Of a stretch of 52,159 bases of DNA, positions 17,683 through 27,943 are shown piece by piece. The position numbers and the translations under genes were made by a program. Position 1 is the first letter of the stretch; each line of letters starts with the position of its first letter. Under the pieces are notes generated by a model that was not told where the DNA came from, ran no database searches, and saw nothing but the letters and a program-made list of their open reading frames with translations. Origin of the DNA: a virus (lineage: Duplodnaviria; Caudoviricetes); the IMG/VR virus record IMGVR_UViG_3300022689_000138, positions 1 to 52,159 of that record. One strand, 5' to 3'.

Positions 17683-19401
17683 ATGAAGGAAAATAAACAA
17701 AAAAGAAGATTAAAAACAGAGCCTAGACTAAAAGTAAAATTATCAGAGGATCAAAAAGAAGTTGTTAAAAATTTTTACGAGTATGATGTAAATTTTGTTC
17801 TAGGAGATTTTGGTTGCTTGTCATTAGGGACTAAAGTACTTATGTATAATGGAGAATTTAAAGAAGTACAAAATGTAGAAGTAGGGGATCTCTTAATGGG
17901 AGTAGATTCTACCCCTAGAAAAGTAAAGTCTTTAAAAAGAGGTAAAGAGCAAATGTATGTCGTTAAACAAAAATCTGGAGAGAATTATAAAGTAAACGCT
18001 TCTCATATTTTATCTTTAAATGAAAAGACTCAAAAAAGAATGCATCGTACTACTGATACAAATGGTAATAGAGTAATTGACTACTCTAAGCCACCATTGC
18101 ACCCAGTAAAAGAGTTTATTACAAATATATCAGTAAAAGAATACTTAAAATTAACCAAGAGTAGAAAAAGTAAATTAAAAGGGTATATAGCTCCTTGTCT
18201 TGAGTTTAAAGAAACGACTCTACCAATAGACCCTTATTATTTAGGATTATGGTTAGGAGATGGTTCAAAGCATGATATACGTTCTATAACAAATGTAGAT
18301 CCAGAAATTAAGCAGTATCTAGAAAATGCGTTTGAAGGTAGGTGGAAAAATATAACATATATAGCGGATTCTAATTCTACAATCGATTTAAAAGAAGCAT
18401 TTAAATCTTTATATAATTTAACAAATTGTACTAAACTATTTCATAAGTATATACCAAAAGAGTATTTAATAAATAGTAAGAAAAATCGACTACAATTGTT
18501 AGCAGGATTAATAGATTCAGACGGGTATTATAATAATAAAGGAGGGTATGAAATAATTCAAAAAGAAAAAGAATTAGCAGACAATATAGTATATTTATGC
18601 AGAAGTTTAGGATTTAGAACAAATATTTATACTAAGACCGCTACTTTAAAACGAAAAGGAAAACCTACTTATCATTGTGACGTATATAGAATTTCTTTTA
18701 GACCTGACATTGAGTTACCTATTAAAATAAGTAGAAAGAAAAGTAACTATATTAGGAAGCAGATAAAGGATGATAAAATACATGGTATAGAGGTAGTAAA
18801 AGATACTGTGGATAATTTCTACGGGTTCGAGCTAGATAAAGACAATTTATTTATACTAGAAGATTTTACAGTGACACATAACTCAGGTAAATCATTGTCA
18901 GCTATATATACTGCAATAGCAGCATTTAGAAAAAAACAGTTTAATAAAATATGGATTACTAGACCTATAACTAAAAATAGTTTATCTACTTTACCTGGAG
19001 ATATCAATGAAAAAATGTACCCTTATATATTTCCTTTACTACAAAACCTAGATGTATGTCAAGGTAAAGAAAATACACAGTCAATGAGAAAAAAAGGAGA
19101 GATAGAGATTATGCCTATATCAGTTGCAAAAGGGGTCACATTTATGGAATCAGTTGTTATTGTAGATGAATTTCAAGATATGACGTATGAAGATTTTAGA
19201 ACTATACTTACCAGACTTGGTAAGGAAAGTAAGGTTATCTTTTGCGGCTCTTGGCAGCAAATAGATAAATCTATAGGAAAAAGCTCTTGCATGCATATAG
19301 TAAAAGCTTTAAAAGATTCTAAATTAGTAGGATGGACAGAATTAACTGCTAATCACAGAAATACAGTATTAACAGATATAATTAATTATTTAGAAAAGTG
19401 A
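17683..19401 (+). CDS. phoH: PhoH-family ATPase containing an intein
   Basis: Spliced Walker A GDFG|SGKS; KIWITRP, LPGDINEKMYPY, KGVTF, IVDEFQD, LTRLGKESKVIFCG; 216 aa after intein removal. Confidence 0.92.
   Translation: MKENKQKRRLKTEPRLKVKLSEDQKEVVKNFYEYDVNFVLGDFGCLSLGTKVLMYNGEFKEVQNVEVGDLLMGVDSTPRKVKSLKRGKEQMYVVKQKSGENYKVNASHILSLNEKTQKRMHRTTDTNGNRVIDYSKPPLHPVKEFITNISVKEYLKLTKSRKSKLKGYIAPCLEFKETTLPIDPYYLGLWLGDGSKHDIRSITNVDPEIKQYLENAFEGRWKNITYIADSNSTIDLKEAFKSLYNLTNCTKLFHKYIPKEYLINSKKNRLQLLAGLIDSDGYYNNKGGYEIIQKEKELADNIVYLCRSLGFRTNIYTKTATLKRKGKPTYHCDVYRISFRPDIELPIKISRKKSNYIRKQIKDDKIHGIEVVKDTVDNFYGFELDKDNLFILEDFTVTHNSGKSLSAIYTAIAAFRKKQFNKIWITRPITKNSLSTLPGDINEKMYPYIFPLLQNLDVCQGKENTQSMRKKGEIEIMPISVAKGVTFMESVVIVDEFQDMTYEDFRTILTRLGKESKVIFCGSWQQIDKSIGKSSCMHIVKALKDSKLVGWTELTANHRNTVLTDIINYLEK
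17815..18882 (+). mobile_element. Intein with LAGLIDADG homing endonuclease (356 aa)
   Basis: N-terminal CLSLGT, block B VNASHIL, LGLWLGDG and LAGLIDSDG, C-terminal VTHN followed by Ser. Confidence 0.95.
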
Positions 19402-19661
19402 AAGAAAAATACCCACCATTTACAAAAAGAAAACTGGTTAAGATACTTGAAAGCATTCATGCACATGATCCAAAAGGTAGTGAGTTTGAAATGACTACTG
19501 GTAAACTAGGAGCTATAGACTATTTAGTACATTTTAGAAAATATATACATGAACTAACTGGCAGTAAATATAATGAAAAAGCATATAGAGCTGAACTAGA
19601 AAATAAACTAACAGAGGGCCCATATAGGATTACAGAGAAGGGCTTAGAAATACTACACTAA
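19398..19661 (+). CDS. Hypothetical protein
   Basis: GTG start overlapping the phoH stop. Confidence 0.65.
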   Translation: MKEKYPPFTKRKLVKILESIHAHDPKGSEFEMTTGKLGAIDYLVHFRKYIHELTGSKYNEKAYRAELENKLTEGPYRITEKGLEILH

Positions 19662-20041
19662 TGAAAAATATAAAAGCAGTAAGCCTAAACATCAAATTAA
19701 AACAGCTTTTTAAAACATGGTTACAAATTACTAGAGTATTTCATAAACTGACAAAACAACAAATTGATGTATTAGCTTTATTGTTATATTATCATTACAA
19801 ATTACAAAAACAAATAACTAATAAAAAAATACTTTGGAAAGTTGTATTTGATTATGACACTAAAGCTAAAATAAAAGAAGAGTTAGATATAACAGATCAA
19901 AGTTTACAAAATGTTTTAACTCAGTTAAGAAAGAAGAATATAATAATTAATAATGAGATTGTATCAACTTATATTCCAAACTTAGAAAAAAAGAGCAAGG
20001 AATTTAAGATAATATTTAATTTTAATATCATAGATGAATAA
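19661..20041 (+). CDS. Hypothetical protein, possible winged helix
   Basis: IKEELDITDQSLQNVLTQLRKKNII resembles an HTH. Confidence 0.6.
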   Translation: MKNIKAVSLNIKLKQLFKTWLQITRVFHKLTKQQIDVLALLLYYHYKLQKQITNKKILWKVVFDYDTKAKIKEELDITDQSLQNVLTQLRKKNIIINNEIVSTYIPNLEKKSKEFKIIFNFNIIDE

Positions 20042-20339
20042 AAAGGACGATAAAAAAATAAAAAAATTAATGCATAGTTTGGGATTAAAATATAATTTAC
20101 CAGACCATGTAGTTAAACAAATAGTAGAGTCACCTTATGAATTCGCATATGAGCAACTAAAAAAATTAACGCTAGATGGTATTCAATCTGAAGAAGAATT
20201 AAATAAACTAAAAACAAATTTTAATTTTAAAGGTTTAGGTAAACTATATGTTAGTTACCCTCATATTAAAAAAAGGGAGAATCAAAAAAAACTTATGAAT
20301 CGCATAAACAATAAAAAAAATGGAAGAAGAGACAATTAA
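20034..20339 (+). CDS. HU/IHF-like DNA-binding protein
   Basis: Small basic protein; two helices then FNFKGLGKL, as in HU/IHF. Confidence 0.55.
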   Translation: MNKKDDKKIKKLMHSLGLKYNLPDHVVKQIVESPYEFAYEQLKKLTLDGIQSEEELNKLKTNFNFKGLGKLYVSYPHIKKRENQKKLMNRINNKKNGRRDN

Positions 20340-20694
20340 AAACTTAACACAGAATGACGTATTAGAACTAATCAAGGACTTTCCTGTTAAACCTCTAAGA
20401 AATAGAGTAATTATTACTACTAATACTGAAGAAATTGAGGAAGATGAAGTAGACTATACTGGTAGTGCATTTTCTCCTGTTCAGTATGTTTTAGCTGTTG
20501 GAAGCTATAATGAAGATGTTTTTAAACCAGGTCAAAAAGTACATTTAGATTTAGAATCTATGACCGTAAATAATCCTAATAGAGAAGACGTTTATAATCC
20601 AGTACAACAAATTAAAATTAAACCTGTAGAAGTAGGTGATAAATTTTATGGTATGATTACTGACGATAAAATTGATTTTATTTATAATGGTTAG
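20320..20694 (+). CDS. GroES-like co-chaperonin (divergent)
   Basis: VKPLRNRVII...VLAVG...FKPGQKV...VEVGDKFYGMITDDKI follows the cpn10 pattern. Confidence 0.6.
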   Translation: MEEETIKNLTQNDVLELIKDFPVKPLRNRVIITTNTEEIEEDEVDYTGSAFSPVQYVLAVGSYNEDVFKPGQKVHLDLESMTVNNPNREDVYNPVQQIKIKPVEVGDKFYGMITDDKIDFIYNG

Positions 20695-20869
20695 TATTAG
20701 ATTTGGAATTAAAGAGTCACTATTGGGACTTCTAATAGCCCAGGACTTACCAGTACAAAACACATTAACAGATGAATTTTTAAAAGGAGATCTTATATCT
20801 ATAGGATTTATATTTTTAAGATTAGACATATTTTTTAACATAGAAAAATTAAACACCAATGAACAATAA
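20687..20869 (+). CDS. Small hypothetical protein
   Basis: Likely start MVSIR; overlaps neighbours. Confidence 0.5.
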   Translation: MVSIRFGIKESLLGLLIAQDLPVQNTLTDEFLKGDLISIGFIFLRLDIFFNIEKLNTNEQ

Positions 20870-21077
20870 TAAATCAGAAAACAAAGTAGAAGATGCTTTT
20901 AAAATTCTAAGTCAAAGCTTAGAAATGGCTAACTCAAGGGGGGCTTTTAGTATTTTAAAGGGAGAGACAAAAGTTATTTTTGAGTCTTTAGTCATATTAG
21001 AACAAGAATTAAAAAAGTGTAAGGAGTGCAATATGCACCTAGCCAAAGAAGAGCCTAAGTCAAATAAAGACATATAA
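20859..21077 (+). CDS. Hypothetical protein
   Basis: ORF track. Confidence 0.6.
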   Translation: MNNNKSENKVEDAFKILSQSLEMANSRGAFSILKGETKVIFESLVILEQELKKCKECNMHLAKEEPKSNKDI

Positions 21078-21079
21078 AA

Positions 21080-21640
21080 ATGAAACTTTTTGAGTTTAAA
21101 AATTGGAAGTTAACAGTCTCTGAGGAAGCTTGGGGACTGCTTCCATTTAAAAAAATACTAGATAGAGATAAAACCAAAGAAAAAGAAAATGCATTAAAAG
21201 AAATGTTATTTATATTTTTTTGGTCTGATATTAGGTCTAATTATATAAATATGCCTGACAGTCAAAAACTAGAAGAAATAAAAAAGGATGTTGGTCTATC
21301 TAGTAAGTGGAAAAAAGACAGTGTAATAAATGAAGCTATCACTTTATATGAAAAACTAGGACAAAGTGTAATAGAAACTTTATATAAGCAATCCTTAAAG
21401 GGAGCTCAAGCAGTAGGTAATTATTTGGAAAACTCTGAAGCACTATTATATGAAAGAGATAATAATGGTAAACCAGTAAATGACATTTCTAAAATTACAA
21501 CCGCACTGCAAAAAGTACCAAACTTAATGAAGGATTTAAAAAATGCTTATAAAGAAGTAGTTAGAGAAAGAGAAGACAACGACAATAAGAAAAAAGGTAG
21601 TAAACAATTTAATACATTTGAAGATGGCCTTACATTATAA
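21080..21640 (+). CDS. Phage protein, candidate terminase small subunit
   Basis: 186-aa helical protein upstream of terL; assignment by position and size only. Confidence 0.5.
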   Translation: MKLFEFKNWKLTVSEEAWGLLPFKKILDRDKTKEKENALKEMLFIFFWSDIRSNYINMPDSQKLEEIKKDVGLSSKWKKDSVINEAITLYEKLGQSVIETLYKQSLKGAQAVGNYLENSEALLYERDNNGKPVNDISKITTALQKVPNLMKDLKNAYKEVVREREDNDNKKKGSKQFNTFEDGLTL

Positions 21641-23072
21641 AGAAAGAAATTTAGAAGTAACTAATTTTATACAAAACGTAGTAAAAGAAATAGCAGAATA
21701 TGTTACTTTAACTATGGGACCAAATGGTCGTTATGCTGTACTAGCGGAGTTATATAACCCACCAGTAGTAACTAAAGACGGTGTATCTGTTATTAAAGCC
21801 ATAGCTGACAATGATCCATATAAAGATGCTATTATAAAACTACTATTACAAGTATCAGAGCAGACATTAGAAGAAGCTGGTGATGGTACAACTACTGCTA
21901 TATGTTTAGCAGAAGCACTGCTAGATTATGGATGTAATCAATTGGATAAGGGTAAACTTTATAAAGACGTAGAAAAAGATTTTAATAGACTTGAAAAAAA
22001 TGTATTAAAAGAACTAAATAAAATGTCTGAAGAGTTAAACCAAGAAGACATAAAAGAAGTAGCTACTATATCTGCAAATGGTGATATTAAAATGGGAGAG
22101 TTAATTCAAAAGGCCTTTGATCATTCTGACAATGTTAAAATAGAGGAAGGTACTAAAACTGAAGATGAGGTAGAAACTATAAATGGTATGATTTTAAATA
22201 CTGGTTATTTAGATAATGCTTTTATTACCAACCCAGAAAAAGACGCTATAATGTATAAAGACCCACTTGTATTTATAGTAGAGGGTACATTAAATAATTT
22301 AAAGCCACTGGCTAAAGCTGTTGATGAATCTAATGGTAAACCAGTTATAATTATAGCTGATGATGTTAATCCTAATACTCAGATATTGTTAAGAGATAAT
22401 TTTAATAAAGGTGTATTACAAATAGGTTTAATGAAAACACCAGGTTTTGGTGGACATAGAAAAAATTTAGTTAATGATTTAATAAGATATACAGGTGCTA
22501 GATTAGTAAGACATGATACTGTTCATGCTATTCCTGGGAAAATTGATAGTATTTCTATATCCAAAGAGAAGACTATTATAACAAAAAAGTATTTGTCAAC
22601 AGAATGCAAAGTATATGTAGATAAATTAAAAGAACTATATAAAAATAAAAAAGATGATTTACTTGCTAAAAGAATAAGTAATCTAAATGGCTCTATTTCA
22701 ATAATTAAAGTTGGTGGACTTACTCCAGCAGAAGTCAAAGAGAAATTTGATAGATATGACGATGCAGTAAAAGCAGTAGCTTGTGCTATTGAAGAGGGTA
22801 TAGTACCTGGTGGAGGACAGGCTCTTTCTTTAGTATCTTATAATCTAAGAGGTAAAATAAAGGCAGAGTTATTAGAGGCTTTAGATGCTCCTATAAATAC
22901 AATAGAAAAAAATTCAGATTACTCATTAAAAATCTCTTCTAGGGATATGATGAGTGAAAAAATATTTGATCCTACAAAAGTAACAAAAACAGCTATTAAA
23001 AACGCACTATCTGTGTCAAAACTACTTTTAAACTCTGGATCTATAATATTAGATAGAGCTTTATGGAAGTAA
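21624..23072 (+). CDS. groEL: GroEL-like chaperonin
   Basis: TMGPNGR, TKDGVSV, AGDGTTTA, VATISANGD, KTPGFG, IKVGG, EEGIVPGGG, IFDPTKVTK; ATG at 21624. Confidence 0.93.
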   Translation: MALHYKERNLEVTNFIQNVVKEIAEYVTLTMGPNGRYAVLAELYNPPVVTKDGVSVIKAIADNDPYKDAIIKLLLQVSEQTLEEAGDGTTTAICLAEALLDYGCNQLDKGKLYKDVEKDFNRLEKNVLKELNKMSEELNQEDIKEVATISANGDIKMGELIQKAFDHSDNVKIEEGTKTEDEVETINGMILNTGYLDNAFITNPEKDAIMYKDPLVFIVEGTLNNLKPLAKAVDESNGKPVIIIADDVNPNTQILLRDNFNKGVLQIGLMKTPGFGGHRKNLVNDLIRYTGARLVRHDTVHAIPGKIDSISISKEKTIITKKYLSTECKVYVDKLKELYKNKKDDLLAKRISNLNGSISIIKVGGLTPAEVKEKFDRYDDAVKAVACAIEEGIVPGGGQALSLVSYNLRGKIKAELLEALDAPINTIEKNSDYSLKISSRDMMSEKIFDPTKVTKTAIKNALSVSKLLLNSGSIILDRALWK

Positions 23073-25363
23073 AATATAAAATGAATTCATACCAATCTCC
23101 TTTATCTAAAGAATTAAAGGAGTCATTACCTAAAGAAATTTGGAACGATTTAATTGAATATATATCTCAAGTTCAGTTTATTCAAAATCTTATAGCCCCA
23201 GAAGAAGTAAGAGGCTTTATAAAGGATAGACCTGTAATGACTTATGTTAATGATAAAGGAGAGGAAGTAGAATATGAAGACGGTAGGAGAGTTGTAGATT
23301 TAGCTAAGCCACATATATTAGAAGACATGGATTATTTTAGAGAAAGGGCTCTATTCTTTCAAAAAAATAATAGATATACAAATCTTATACCTAATCCCAA
23401 CCCTAAATCTGACTATGCACAATTTTGGAGAAATGAATTAAAAAAATGGAAGAATGGTTTAGTAAGACCAGATGGAGAGTGGATACCAGGTGAATTATAT
23501 TTTTATTGGAATTATGCTCCAATTTGGATTACAAAAAGATCTGGTAAAAGTAAAAAAAGAGCTGACAGGGTAAGGGAGTTTCCAAAACCTTGGCTAGGTG
23601 ATTATCTATTTCATCATTATGTGCATGCAGCTAAGGAAGCTGGTAAACATGGTAAGCTTCTAAAAACAAGGGGTGTTGGTTTTAGTTTTAAGGCTGGTGC
23701 TTGGTCTCCTAGAAATATGTATGTACATACTGGATCAGGTAATCCTAATTTTCACTTAGCATCAGAAAAAACATTTTTAGTAGGAGACAAAGGTATATGG
23801 GGTAAAGTATTAGATACCTTAGACTGGATAGCAGAGCATACACCATTTCCAAAACTAAGGCTTGTAGATGGTAAAAGGGCTATGGAAGTTCAATTAGGAT
23901 ATGAAGATGAATATGGTGTAAGAAAAGGTATATTATCATCTGTATTTGGTATATCACTAAAAGATAACCCAGACAAAGCAAGGGGTATTAGAGGACCATT
24001 AATTCATTATGAAGAAGACGGTCTATTTCCCAATCTTGAAAAAGCTTGGAACGTTAACAGAAAAGCAGTAGAGGATGGTGATATATCATTTGGATTTATG
24101 CTTGCTGGTGGTACAGGGGGTGTTGAGGGCGCTTCATTTGAAGGCTCTGAAAAATTATTTTATAAACCCTCTGCTTATAATATATATCCCATAAAAAATG
24201 TATTTGATAAGAATACTAACGGGGAGACAGAATGTGGATTTTTTTGGGGAGCTTATATGAATCGTAACCTATGTTATGATGAGTCTACAGGGGAACCAGA
24301 CGTAATTAAATCACTAGTAGAAATATTAAAAGGTAGACATACTGTTAAGTACAATTCTACAGATGCACTAGCTTTAACACAGAAAAAAGCAGAAGAACCG
24401 ATTACACCACAAGAGGCTGTAATGAGAACTTCTGGTACAGTTTTTCCAGTAGCAGATTTAAAAGATTATTTAGAAGATATATCTATAAATAGAGATAATT
24501 TTTTATCAAAGCATTATGTTGGAAGATTAGTTATTGACCCACAAGATGGATCAGTACATTGGAAATTAGACCCTGATTTATATCCTTTAAGAAGTTATGA
24601 ACATTCTGGAGCAGATAGATCTGGAGCATTGGAAATTTTTGAAATGCCAAGAAAAAATGCAGAAGGTAAAATTGCTAGAGGAAGATATATAGCAGGTATT
24701 GACCCTATAGATTCAGATACTGGTGGTTCTCTATTTAGTATATTAGTAATGGATACTTTTACAGATAGGATAGTAGCTGAATACTCAGGAAGACCTAGAA
24801 CTGCTAAAGAGGCATATGAAATAGCTTATAGAACTTTACTATTTTATAATGCAGAAGCTAATTACGAAGCAAACTTAAAAGGTTTATTTTCTTTCTTTGA
24901 TCAGAAAAATGCATTACATTTATTGTGTGATGTACCTCAAATATTAAAAGACATGGATTTTGTAAAAGGTACTAACTTATATGGAAATAAAGCTAAAGGT
25001 ACACATCCTAATAAACTAATAAATGCATGGGGTAGATTATTACAGGCTGATTGGATGAGGGAAAGTATAAGTACTCCTACTGGGGAAGAAGATGAGAATA
25101 AATTAAATTTACATACTTTAAGAAGTTTAGCTTATATAGAAGAATGTATAAAATGGAATGCAGATGGTAACTTTGATAGGGTATCTGCAGGAGGTATGCT
25201 ATTTATACTTAGAGAAGACAGATATAAAAGAATACAAAGTGCTAAAAATAACCAAGATGAAGGAATAAAAAGTTTAGCGGATGATCCCTTTTTTAGAAAA
25301 AACTATGGTTCTTTTACTGAAAATAAGCAATTTAAGTCTAACACAGAGTTAAATTTAAAATAG
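23063..25363 (+). CDS. terL: Terminase large subunit
   Basis: LKTRGVGFS (Walker A), IHYEE (Walker B), GGTGG, nuclease IAGIDP and NFDRV; precedes the portal. Confidence 0.9.
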   Translation: MEVKYKMNSYQSPLSKELKESLPKEIWNDLIEYISQVQFIQNLIAPEEVRGFIKDRPVMTYVNDKGEEVEYEDGRRVVDLAKPHILEDMDYFRERALFFQKNNRYTNLIPNPNPKSDYAQFWRNELKKWKNGLVRPDGEWIPGELYFYWNYAPIWITKRSGKSKKRADRVREFPKPWLGDYLFHHYVHAAKEAGKHGKLLKTRGVGFSFKAGAWSPRNMYVHTGSGNPNFHLASEKTFLVGDKGIWGKVLDTLDWIAEHTPFPKLRLVDGKRAMEVQLGYEDEYGVRKGILSSVFGISLKDNPDKARGIRGPLIHYEEDGLFPNLEKAWNVNRKAVEDGDISFGFMLAGGTGGVEGASFEGSEKLFYKPSAYNIYPIKNVFDKNTNGETECGFFWGAYMNRNLCYDESTGEPDVIKSLVEILKGRHTVKYNSTDALALTQKKAEEPITPQEAVMRTSGTVFPVADLKDYLEDISINRDNFLSKHYVGRLVIDPQDGSVHWKLDPDLYPLRSYEHSGADRSGALEIFEMPRKNAEGKIARGRYIAGIDPIDSDTGGSLFSILVMDTFTDRIVAEYSGRPRTAKEAYEIAYRTLLFYNAEANYEANLKGLFSFFDQKNALHLLCDVPQILKDMDFVKGTNLYGNKAKGTHPNKLINAWGRLLQADWMRESISTPTGEEDENKLNLHTLRSLAYIEECIKWNADGNFDRVSAGGMLFILREDRYKRIQSAKNNQDEGIKSLADDPFFRKNYGSFTENKQFKSNTELNLK

Positions 25364-25437
25364 CTATTAAAAACGTAAAAATAAATTAAATATTTCATAA
25401 TTTTAATTGATTTTAATACTTTTTATTTGTATATTTA
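25359..25437 (+). promoter_or_regulatory. Palindrome plus promoter upstream of portal
   Basis: AATAGCTATT (25359-25368); ATTG + 20 nt + TATATTTA (25430). Confidence 0.55.
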
Positions 25438-25455
25438 TAGATTATATAATAAGAT

Positions 25456-27849
25456 ATGTCAAGAATAAAAAATTTACAAATGCCTCAGCAGAGGTTAGCT
25501 TACGTCAAAAAAAATAAAGAATGGCGTATAAAAAACTTAGATGCTGCTGACAGGTATTCTTTTTATTATAATGAGTCAGTAAGACAAACTCTTAGGAATA
25601 AAGTAGTTAATCTAAACTTGTATAATGGTATTGTAGATATTAGAGATTTAACTAGTACTGTTAATCCTAATAATATAGAGGCAAGCTTTATACCAGATAA
25701 TTTACCTCACCATCCTATTGCTGTACCTAAAATAGAATTACTAGTAGGCGAAGAAAGTAAAAGAAGATTTGATTGGAAAGTTATAGTTACAAATCAAAAT
25801 GCAATAACTGAAAAAGAAAATAATAAAAAACAATTACTTGAGCAAAAACTTATAGAGTTTCTACAAGCTAATTATCCAGAAGAAGAATTAGAAGGAAGAC
25901 TTAAAGAAATAGAAGACTATTTTAAATATGACTGGCAAGACGTTCGTGAAAAGATGGCCAATCAAATATTAAGACATTATTGGAAAGAACAAGACTTTGA
26001 TATGATATTTCTGCTTGCATTTAAAGATGCTCTTATTATGGCAGAATCTATTGTACAAGTAGATATTATAGCTGATGAGCCAGTTTTAACAAAGTTAAAT
26101 CCATTAAAAGTACACTCTGTTAGATCTGGTAACAGTGAAAGAATAGAAGACTCGTCTATAATTATAATTGAAGATCATTGGTCTCCTGGAAAAATTGTAG
26201 ATTATTTTTATGAGGATTTAAAACCAGATGATATTGATTATATAACAGAGTATAGTTTTAAAACATCACACGCTTCTTTTAATGATGATATGGATAACCA
26301 TACATTATTAAGAGATAATGTATTAGGTGCAAACAATGGTATATTATCTAATTCTGTAGAAAATATATTTTCTTTGGCTGAAATAAACGGTCATCATTTT
26401 GGTTCTAACTTTACTGATGAAAACGGTAATATTAGAGTATTAAGAGTTTATTGGAAATCCTTAAAGAAAATAAAAAAAGTAAAATATTATACAGAAGATG
26501 GGGAAGTTGAATACAAAATTAAATCTGAAGAGTATATACCTAATAAAGAATTGGGCGAAGAATCAAAGGATTTATGGGTTAATGAATGGTGGGAAGGTAC
26601 AAAAATTGGTAAAGACATTTATATACAAATGCGACCTCGCCCTGTACAATTCAATAGAATTAATAACCCTTCTTACTGCCACCCAGGTATAATAGGAGAA
26701 ATATACAATACTAATCAAGGTAGAGCTGTCTCTTTAATGGATAGAATGAAAAACTACCAATATATGTATGATGTAATTTGGGACAGATTAAATAAAGCCA
26801 TTGCTACTAATTATGGTAAAATATTTGAATTAGATTTAGCTAAAGTACCTGCTAATTGGGAAATAGAGAAATGGTTACATTTTGCAGTAGTTAATAAAAT
26901 AGCAGTAGTAGACTCTTTTAAAGAAGGTAATAAAGGAGCAGCCACTGGTAAGTTAGCAGGAGGTTTTAATGGCCAAGGTGGCAGAGCTATTGATATGGAA
27001 ACTGGTAGTTATATACAACAGCATATCCAATTATTAGAATTTATTAAAATGGAAATGTCTGAAATTGCTGGTGTAACTAAACAAAGAGAAGGGGCTATCC
27101 ATCAAAATGAGACTGCTTCTGGTGTAGAAAGATCTGTAAATCAATCATCACATATTACAGAGTATTGGTTTTTTAAACATGAGAAGTTTAAAATAAGAGT
27201 TTTACAAGCCTTTCTAGAAACTGCTAAAATAGCTTTAAGAGGCAACAATAAAAAAGTACAATATATATTAGACGACCAAACTATTCAAATGTTGAATATA
27301 GAAGGTAATGAATTTGCTGAAGCAGATTATGGTCTAGTAGCTACTAGTTCTTCTAAAGCAGTAGAATTAGAGCAAATGCTAAAGATGAATGCACAAACAT
27401 TTATGCAAAACGGTGGAAGCATGGGTACTATTATGGATATATTTTTTAGTCCATCTCTTGCGGATATGCGTAAGAAACTTGAGATTGCAGAGGAAAAAAT
27501 CAGATCTCAAAATAGCGCTCAAGCTGAACAGGCAAATAAACTTGCTGCAGAAAAACAGCAACAGGAGTATCAATTAGAAATGGAAAAACTACTGTTAGAT
27601 GAAAGAAAGAATATTAGAGATAATGAAACAAAACTTTTAATAGCAGAAACTAAAAATGATTTAGATGTAGATGGTATTGAAGACCCTTTACAAGAACAAA
27701 AATTTCAGTTGGACTCAGAAAAAATCAAGAATGATCATCTACAAAAAATGATAAAACTTGACCAAGAAATGAAAATGCATAACGATAAAATGCAGAGAGA
27801 AGATAAAAAAATACAAGTGTCAAAACAAAAGAAAACTGAATCAAAATAG
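25456..27849 (+). CDS. Portal protein
   Basis: 797 aa between terL and capsid genes; C-terminal coiled coil; crAss-like gene order. Confidence 0.85.
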   Translation: MSRIKNLQMPQQRLAYVKKNKEWRIKNLDAADRYSFYYNESVRQTLRNKVVNLNLYNGIVDIRDLTSTVNPNNIEASFIPDNLPHHPIAVPKIELLVGEESKRRFDWKVIVTNQNAITEKENNKKQLLEQKLIEFLQANYPEEELEGRLKEIEDYFKYDWQDVREKMANQILRHYWKEQDFDMIFLLAFKDALIMAESIVQVDIIADEPVLTKLNPLKVHSVRSGNSERIEDSSIIIIEDHWSPGKIVDYFYEDLKPDDIDYITEYSFKTSHASFNDDMDNHTLLRDNVLGANNGILSNSVENIFSLAEINGHHFGSNFTDENGNIRVLRVYWKSLKKIKKVKYYTEDGEVEYKIKSEEYIPNKELGEESKDLWVNEWWEGTKIGKDIYIQMRPRPVQFNRINNPSYCHPGIIGEIYNTNQGRAVSLMDRMKNYQYMYDVIWDRLNKAIATNYGKIFELDLAKVPANWEIEKWLHFAVVNKIAVVDSFKEGNKGAATGKLAGGFNGQGGRAIDMETGSYIQQHIQLLEFIKMEMSEIAGVTKQREGAIHQNETASGVERSVNQSSHITEYWFFKHEKFKIRVLQAFLETAKIALRGNNKKVQYILDDQTIQMLNIEGNEFAEADYGLVATSSSKAVELEQMLKMNAQTFMQNGGSMGTIMDIFFSPSLADMRKKLEIAEEKIRSQNSAQAEQANKLAAEKQQQEYQLEMEKLLLDERKNIRDNETKLLIAETKNDLDVDGIEDPLQEQKFQLDSEKIKNDHLQKMIKLDQEMKMHNDKMQREDKKIQVSKQKKTESK

Positions 27850-27923
27850 CTATTGTTTATTGATTCATAATAAAAAAAATTATAAACAATGTTTGTTTTA
27901 ACATTGTAATTATAGTATATTTG
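27845..27923 (+). promoter_or_regulatory. Palindrome plus promoter upstream of capsid operon
   Basis: AATAGCTATT (27845-27854); TTTG (27892) + 20 nt + TATATTTG (27916). Confidence 0.7.
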
Positions 27924-27943
27924 TAAAATTAAGGGAGAAAAGT

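Noticed and set aside
23063-27849. Stop-codon reassignment as in some crAss-like phages
   Set aside because: Long genes are intact in the standard code and TAG terminates terL and portal at sensible positions.
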